Shown here in pieces: positions 6,624 through 10,618 of a stretch of 10,618 bases of DNA. The stretch is from Candidatus Methylomirabilis sp. Its GTDB lineage: Bacteria > Methylomirabilota > Methylomirabilia > Methylomirabilales > Methylomirabilaceae. Position 1 is the stretch's first letter. Every line of letters begins with the position of its first letter. Where the stretch lies: the NCBI GenBank assembly GCA_041498975.1, contig JBGQJI010000085.1, positions 1 through 10,618 on the forward strand. Direction: 5' to 3'. The translations under genes and the position numbers were made by a program. The notes beneath the pieces were generated by a model. The model ran no database searches, was not told the origin of the DNA, and worked only from the letters and a program-made list of their open reading frames with translations.

Positions 6624-7550
6624 CTAGCCCTTTACGGCACCGGTGATCCCAGCCACGTAATGTTCGACGAAGAATGAGTAGATCAGAGCGACAGGGATCG
6701 AGCCCAGCAGGGCCCCCGCCATCAGTTCGCCCCAGTAGAACACGTCACCCTTGATTAGTTCACTCACCACGCCTACGGGAACCGTCTTGTTGGCGGCGTC
6801 GGAAATGAAGATCAGCGCATAGAGAAACTCATTGGCCGACAGGGTGAAAGCGAAGATTCCAGCCGAGACCACGCCCGGCAGGGCCAGGGGCAGGATGATC
6901 CGCAGCATGGCCTGAATCCGGGTCGCGCCATCGATCATGGCCGCTTCCTCCAGCTCCTTGGGGATTGTCCGGAAGTAACCGGACAGGAGCCACGTGCAAA
7001 ACGGAACCAGGAAGGTCGGATAGGCCACAATCAGGCCCCACGGGTTGTTCAGCAAGTTCCAGTGCAGGAGCGGCATGTTCCCTATCAAGTCGGACAATGG
7101 AATGAAGAGCAGGGTGGGCGGGACCAGGTAGGTGATGAAGATCAGGACCCCCAAGGTGTCAACGCCCCGGAACTTCAGACGCGCAAGCGCATACGCCGCC
7201 GTGATCCCCGCGAAGAGGGAGACAATGGTGGAGACGATGGCGATGAACAGCGTGTTCTTCAGCCACTGGACGAAGAGGGTGTCCCGCAACAGGTAGCGCC
7301 AGTGGTAAAGGCAATTCTCCATCAGGGCCGAGCCGTCGAAGTGTACCGCCCTGACCTGCTCTACGATGGCCGTTGTGCACGCCACGGGTATATACGGGTT
7401 CACGTTCCGGTTATATGTCTCGTGAGTGGACTTGATGGAGGTCACGAACATCCAATAGAAGGGGAAAAGGGTGAAGACAATGAAGAAGAAGAGCGGGAGG
7501 TGAAAGACCACCAGCCGCTTGCCGAACCCCTCGCCCACCGGCGCTCGCAT
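6624..7550 (-). CDS. Carbohydrate (CUT1) ABC transporter permease, MalG-like (cassette B)
   Basis: FPFYWMFVTSIK, AAYALARLKFRG, YPTFLVPFCTWLLSGYFRTIPKELEEAAMIDGA (canonical EAA), GDVFYWG, GITGAVKG. Clear paralog of 595..1704. Confidence 0.96.
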   Translation of the reverse strand: MRAPVGEGFGKRLVVFHLPLFFFIVFTLFPFYWMFVTSIKSTHETYNRNVNPYIPVACTTAIVEQVRAVHFDGSALMENCLYHWRYLLRDTLFVQWLKNTLFIAIVSTIVSLFAGITAAYALARLKFRGVDTLGVLIFITYLVPPTLLFIPLSDLIGNMPLLHWNLLNNPWGLIVAYPTFLVPFCTWLLSGYFRTIPKELEEAAMIDGATRIQAMLRIILPLALPGVVSAGIFAFTLSANEFLYALIFISDAANKTVPVGVVSELIKGDVFYWGELMAGALLGSIPVALIYSFFVEHYVAGITGAVKG

Positions 7551-7554
7551 CGTC

Positions 7555-8583
7555 CTACCTTTGACCCCTTCGGAGGTAGACCAACTGATAGATGATCACG
7601 AGGGCGAGGACAGGGAACATGAAGAGGGACACAGCCGCGCCAAGCCCAAGCCTCGTTCCCACCATGGCGATCTGGTAGGCGTACGTCGCAAAAAGGTGGG
7701 TGCTGTTGGCCGGGCCTCCGCGGGTCAAGACGTACACGATCTGAAAGTCCGAGAACGTCACGATGATAGAGAACACAATGACCACCACCGTGATCGGCTT
7801 GATTCCAGGGAGCGTCACGTGCCAGAACCGCTGCCAGCCACTGGCGCCATCGATGGCCGCGGCCTCGTACAGATCCGGATCGATCGTTTGCAACCCTGCC
7901 AGGAACGAGATCGCATAGAAGGGGGTTCCGCGCCAGATATTGACGAAGGTGACTGACATCAGGGCCAGCGTAGGGTCGCCGAGCCAGAGCGGGCCTTTCA
8001 CGTACCCCCACCCCAACTTGGTATAGAACCAGCGAAGAGTCCAGTTGATCACGCTGAAGTCCGGATCGAAGATCCACAGAAAGGCGATGGTGCTGAGGAC
8101 CGTTGGAATGATCCAGGGCAGGAGGACCGCGGCCCGGACGATCCGCTGGAACCGTACCATCCGATTCAGCAGGACCGCCAGCCAGATCCCCAGGACCCAT
8201 TTTACTGCCGTGGCGATCCCGGTGTAGACAAAGCTGTTCCGAACCGCATTCCAGAAGACGCCGTCAGTGGTCCAGAGGTGGACGTAGTTCCTGAGGCCGA
8301 TGAAACTCACCCGAGACCATGGCATCCCGACTTCTTTGTTGGTGAGGCTCATCCAGACGCCCCAGCCGAAGGGGTAGGCAATGAAGGAGAAAATGATGAA
8401 GGCGGCGGGCAGCATGAGGAGATATCCCAGAACGTCCTGCCGCTCTAGGAGGCCTACCGCCCTTCGGGAAAGCCGGACGGTTCGGATCGCCCCAGGGCTG
8501 CTAGCGGCCGACTCCTCGACCGCCACCGGGAGCCCGGCGTGAGGCACCTCCTTTCCCGCACGCTCTCGAACCTTCTCTTCCAT
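7555..8583 (-). CDS. Carbohydrate (CUT1) ABC transporter permease, MalF-like (cassette B)
   Basis: YPF, FIGLRNY, NIWRGTPF, LAGLQTIDPDLYEAAAIDGA (canonical EAA), TRGGPANSTHL. Its stop lies 4 nt before the next gene. Confidence 0.96.
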   Translation of the reverse strand: MEEKVRERAGKEVPHAGLPVAVEESAASSPGAIRTVRLSRRAVGLLERQDVLGYLLMLPAAFIIFSFIAYPFGWGVWMSLTNKEVGMPWSRVSFIGLRNYVHLWTTDGVFWNAVRNSFVYTGIATAVKWVLGIWLAVLLNRMVRFQRIVRAAVLLPWIIPTVLSTIAFLWIFDPDFSVINWTLRWFYTKLGWGYVKGPLWLGDPTLALMSVTFVNIWRGTPFYAISFLAGLQTIDPDLYEAAAIDGASGWQRFWHVTLPGIKPITVVVIVFSIIVTFSDFQIVYVLTRGGPANSTHLFATYAYQIAMVGTRLGLGAAVSLFMFPVLALVIIYQLVYLRRGQR

Positions 8584-8609
8584 CCTGCCGATCTTCTCGC
8601 CAGCGACCG

Positions 8610-8640
8610 GGCGCCGGGGTTCCAGTGAGCCCCCGGCGCC
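8610..8640 (-). promoter_or_regulatory. GC-rich intercistronic stem-loop after the cassette B binding-protein gene
   Basis: GGCGCCGGGG (8610-8619) and CCCCGGCGCC (8631-8640) form a perfect 10-bp stem. There is no U-tract on the coding strand, so it is more likely a stabiliser than an intrinsic terminator. Confidence 0.6.
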
Positions 8641-8657
8641 TGCAGTTATCGCCGAGG

Positions 8658-9647
8658 TTACCCGGCGTAGATCGACTTGAGCTGCCCCTCAGCCCACTTC
8701 ATCGATTCCTCGGGCGACATCTTGCCCGTCGCGACGTTCGCCAGCATGTCGATGAGGACGTAGTTCTGGACGACCCGCGCCGCACCGACGTCCGCCTCGC
8801 CCTTCCACCCGACGTTCTTCATCTCCAGCAGGTGGTCCCTGAACGGCTTGAGGGCGGGGAACATGTCCCACATGAGGTCTTTCATGTACATCTTCAGGGC
8901 CCCTGCTTGATAGGCCTGCCCCCGGCGCAGGTACTTGGCAAGCTGATCCTTCTCCATGAGCCAGCGGATGAAATCCTTGGCCGCGTCCACATTCTTCGAA
9001 TACTTGGGGATCGCCAGTTGCTGGGTGTAGTGATAGTGGAAGACACCCGCCGGCCCCGCAGGGTTCGAGACGTGGGCGATGTCGTTGACCAGCGGGTCTC
9101 CGTTGTCATCGAGGATCACCTGATTCGAGGCGGTGAGGTAGATGCTCGGCGCGTTGTTGGTCGCGGCGATCGCCCCGGACAGGAACGCCCGGTTGTTGTT
9201 GGAGTCGTCCCAACCCGCCCCTGCGGGGTCCATCGCATCGTCCCAGAGGGCTTTGAAGAACTTCAACGCCTCCAAGGTTTGCTTGCTCCCGATGGTGACC
9301 CGCCCCTTCTCATCGCGCTCCGCGGCGCCGAAGCTCCACAGGTAGGGGTACGTGAAATCCACGGCGTCGCCGAATGTGTGGCCGACGGTCTGGCCGATCG
9401 GATGCCCTGCGGCCTTCCACTTCTTTCCCTCACGCCGCAGCTCCTCCCACGTCTTGGGCCAATGCTGAGTGCCCGCAGCCTTGAGATAGGAATTCCGAAC
9501 GACATAGACATTAGGGACGATGGTGTGTGGGACCGCGTTGAACCGCCCACCAAGCATGGCGTGGCGCTTGCAATAATCAAGGTAGCCGCCGTATTTGGAT
9601 TCCAGAGCGGTGCAGAGATCGGTGACATCAACCAGCGCGTCCGCATA
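8658..9647 (-). CDS. C-terminal ~320 aa of a family-1 solute-binding protein, paralog of 4190..5497; N-terminus and signal peptide absent (3' part of chimeric ORF 8658..10295)
   Basis: LVDVTDL..L..KYGG, GHPIG, WDDSNNNRAFLSG and IPKYSKNVDAAKDF align with LVDVTDV..L.KEFGG, GHPLG, WDDTSNNRFIASG and IYKFSKVQDLAKEF of the cassette A binding protein. Confidence 0.9.
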   Translation of the reverse strand, partial: YADALVDVTDLCTALESKYGGYLDYCKRHAMLGGRFNAVPHTIVPNVYVVRNSYLKAAGTQHWPKTWEELRREGKKWKAAGHPIGQTVGHTFGDAVDFTYPYLWSFGAAERDEKGRVTIGSKQTLEALKFFKALWDDAMDPAGAGWDDSNNNRAFLSGAIAATNNAPSIYLTASNQVILDDNGDPLVNDIAHVSNPAGPAGVFHYHYTQQLAIPKYSKNVDAAKDFIRWLMEKDQLAKYLRRGQAYQAGALKMYMKDLMWDMFPALKPFRDHLLEMKNVGWKGEADVGAARVVQNYVLIDMLANVATGKMSPEESMKWAEGQLKSIYAG

Positions 9648-10295
9648 CTCCGGCCCAATGATTTTTTCTGCCACCGCCCGCGCCGCGGAAAGATTCGGGA
9701 CGCGGTGCTTGGTGTCGTGAGCGTCCGAGGCCAGAATGTGGACAGCCGAGCGGTCGAGCAGCCAGCGCGCAATGATCTCGGGCCGCTCTCCCCACAGCCC
9801 CGTCAGCGCCGAGGCCGTGACCTGAATCAGACAGCCCTGCTCCGCCCACTCGAGAATGCGCTGCGGCGTTTGTTGCAGGATAGGGTTACGTTCAGGATGG
9901 GTCAGAATCGGCGTCAGCCCGCGATCTCCCAAACGCCGGAAACAGTCGGTAAGCTGGGTCGGCACGCTGTAGTTGCTCAGTTCAATCAGCAGATAGTTGG
10001 TTTCGCCAATCGTGTACGTGTGCGGCCGCTCCAAAACGCGTTCCAGATTCTCGAACGAAAGATGAAAATCGCAACCCAGGCTCAACTCCAGTATGGGGCC
10101 GGCCTTCTCCCGCAGTTCGCCCAAAAGCCCGGAAAGGTACGCGCGATCGTAGGCGTAACGATCACTGGCATGCGGAGTGGCCACAGTATGGGTTATGCCG
10201 TCCGCCGCCGCCATGCGGCACATTTCGACCGCAACATCCCAGGACTTGGGGCCGTCGTCGACCTCGGGCAGAAGGTGGCAGTGGATGTCGATCAC
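9627..10295 (-). CDS. CpsB/CapC (YwqE/Wzh-type) PHP-family metal-dependent protein-tyrosine phosphatase, apparently missing its last ~15 residues (5' part of chimeric ORF 8658..10295)
   Basis: MIDIHCHLLPEVDDG, VATPH, YLLIEL, ILTHPERN, LIQVTASALTG and ASDAH are the PHP metal-binding motifs of CpsB/CapC. GTG start. The usual terminal N-P helix is replaced by binding-protein sequence. Confidence 0.92.
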
Positions 10296-10338
10296 GACGT
10301 AATCTTCACTTCAACACCTCGATTAAAACACATCCCGA

Positions 10339-10429
10339 ATCGATCGGGTGATCGGCCCATCGGGCCATCGAAAACCCAAGGGCTTTTGCTTCTCGATCAT
10401 CCGATGACCCGATCACCCGATGAGCCGAT
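10339..10429. repeat. Imperfect palindrome built from tandem 8-mers (ATCGGNNN on the left, NNNCCGAT on the right); REP-like intergenic element
   Basis: Left units: ATCGGGTG, ATCGGCCC, ATCGGGCC, ATCGAAAA (10343-10374). Right units: TTCTCGAT, CATCCGAT, GACCCGAT, CACCCGAT, GAGCCGAT (10390-10429). The units pair in register, and 10343-10350 pairs perfectly with 10414-10421. Confidence 0.75.
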
Positions 10430-10516
10430 GCAGTTGCGCTATCCCCGCCTTCTCATGCACGATAGTAAACACGACCTTTTCGTTCTCATCCTGGATATTG
10501 AGGAGCAGGTTCGCAA

Positions 10517-10618
10517 ATGAGCTTTTTGAGGGCGGCGCGCGCCGCACTGGCAAGTCAAAGTGGTCTTCCCCGAATTCTTGTGGCCGTCGTCGTTGTTCTG
10601 GCCGGACTTTCCCTTTCC
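10517..10618 (+). CDS. 5' end of a divergently transcribed gene encoding a probable secreted or membrane protein (runs off the window; not in the ORF track)
   Basis: GAGGAG at 10500-10505, then ATG at 10517. The open frame reads MSFLRAARAALASQSGLPRILVAVVVVLAGLSLS, a basic N-region plus hydrophobic core typical of a signal peptide. Confidence 0.6.
   Translation, partial: MSFLRAARAALASQSGLPRILVAVVVVLAGLSLS

Noticed and set aside
7442..8200. 252-aa alternative-frame minus-strand ORF
   Set aside because: Out-of-frame overlap with the cassette B permeases; low-information Arg/Pro/Gly-rich translation.
9627..10295. Capsule or EPS locus implied by the CpsB/CapC phosphatase
   Set aside because: No BY-kinase, Wzz/Wza or glycosyltransferase gene is visible in the window, and the native downstream context appears lost at the junction.
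10339..10429. Possible CRISPR array or terminator
   Set aside because: The units are 8 nt with no unique spacers and no cas genes are present. It lies between divergent gene starts, where a terminator is not expected.
8625..10520. 631-aa plus-strand ORF
   Set aside because: Antisense shadow of the GC-rich minus-strand genes, with no recognisable motifs and an Arg/Val/Leu/Gly-rich composition typical of reverse frames.

Overview
GC-rich bacterial window, almost entirely coding on the minus strand. It holds two paralogous CUT1-family (MalEFGK-like) ABC importer cassettes. Cassette A (5497->595) is a Tat-exported solute-binding protein, a MalK-like ATPase and MalF- and MalG-like permeases, followed by a DUF1850-like gene. 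Cassette B (~9627->6624) is a solute-binding protein C-terminal part plus MalF- and MalG-like permeases, with no ATPase in view. A small lipoprotein resembling the CcmI/CycH C-terminal domain lies between them. Cassette A is the unusual part. Its MalG-like permease carries a lipoyl/biotinyl-fold-like domain, without the modifiable lysine, in its first extracytoplasmic loop. Its MalF-like permease has a ~130-aa extracytoplasmic insert with two SPOR-like motifs. Both permeases read E-R-A instead of E-A-A in the coupling motif, while the cognate ATPase has lost the conserved Arg equivalent to E. coli MalK R146, which suggests a reciprocal interface swap. ORF 8658..10295 joins a CpsB/CapC (YwqE-type) PHP tyrosine phosphatase in frame to the headless cassette-B binding protein at 'YADALVD'. 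This is more likely an assembly chimera or illegitimate recombination than a functional fusion. The right end has an octamer-built palindrome and the start of a divergent secreted-protein gene. All family assignments come from motif recognition by eye; no database search was run.
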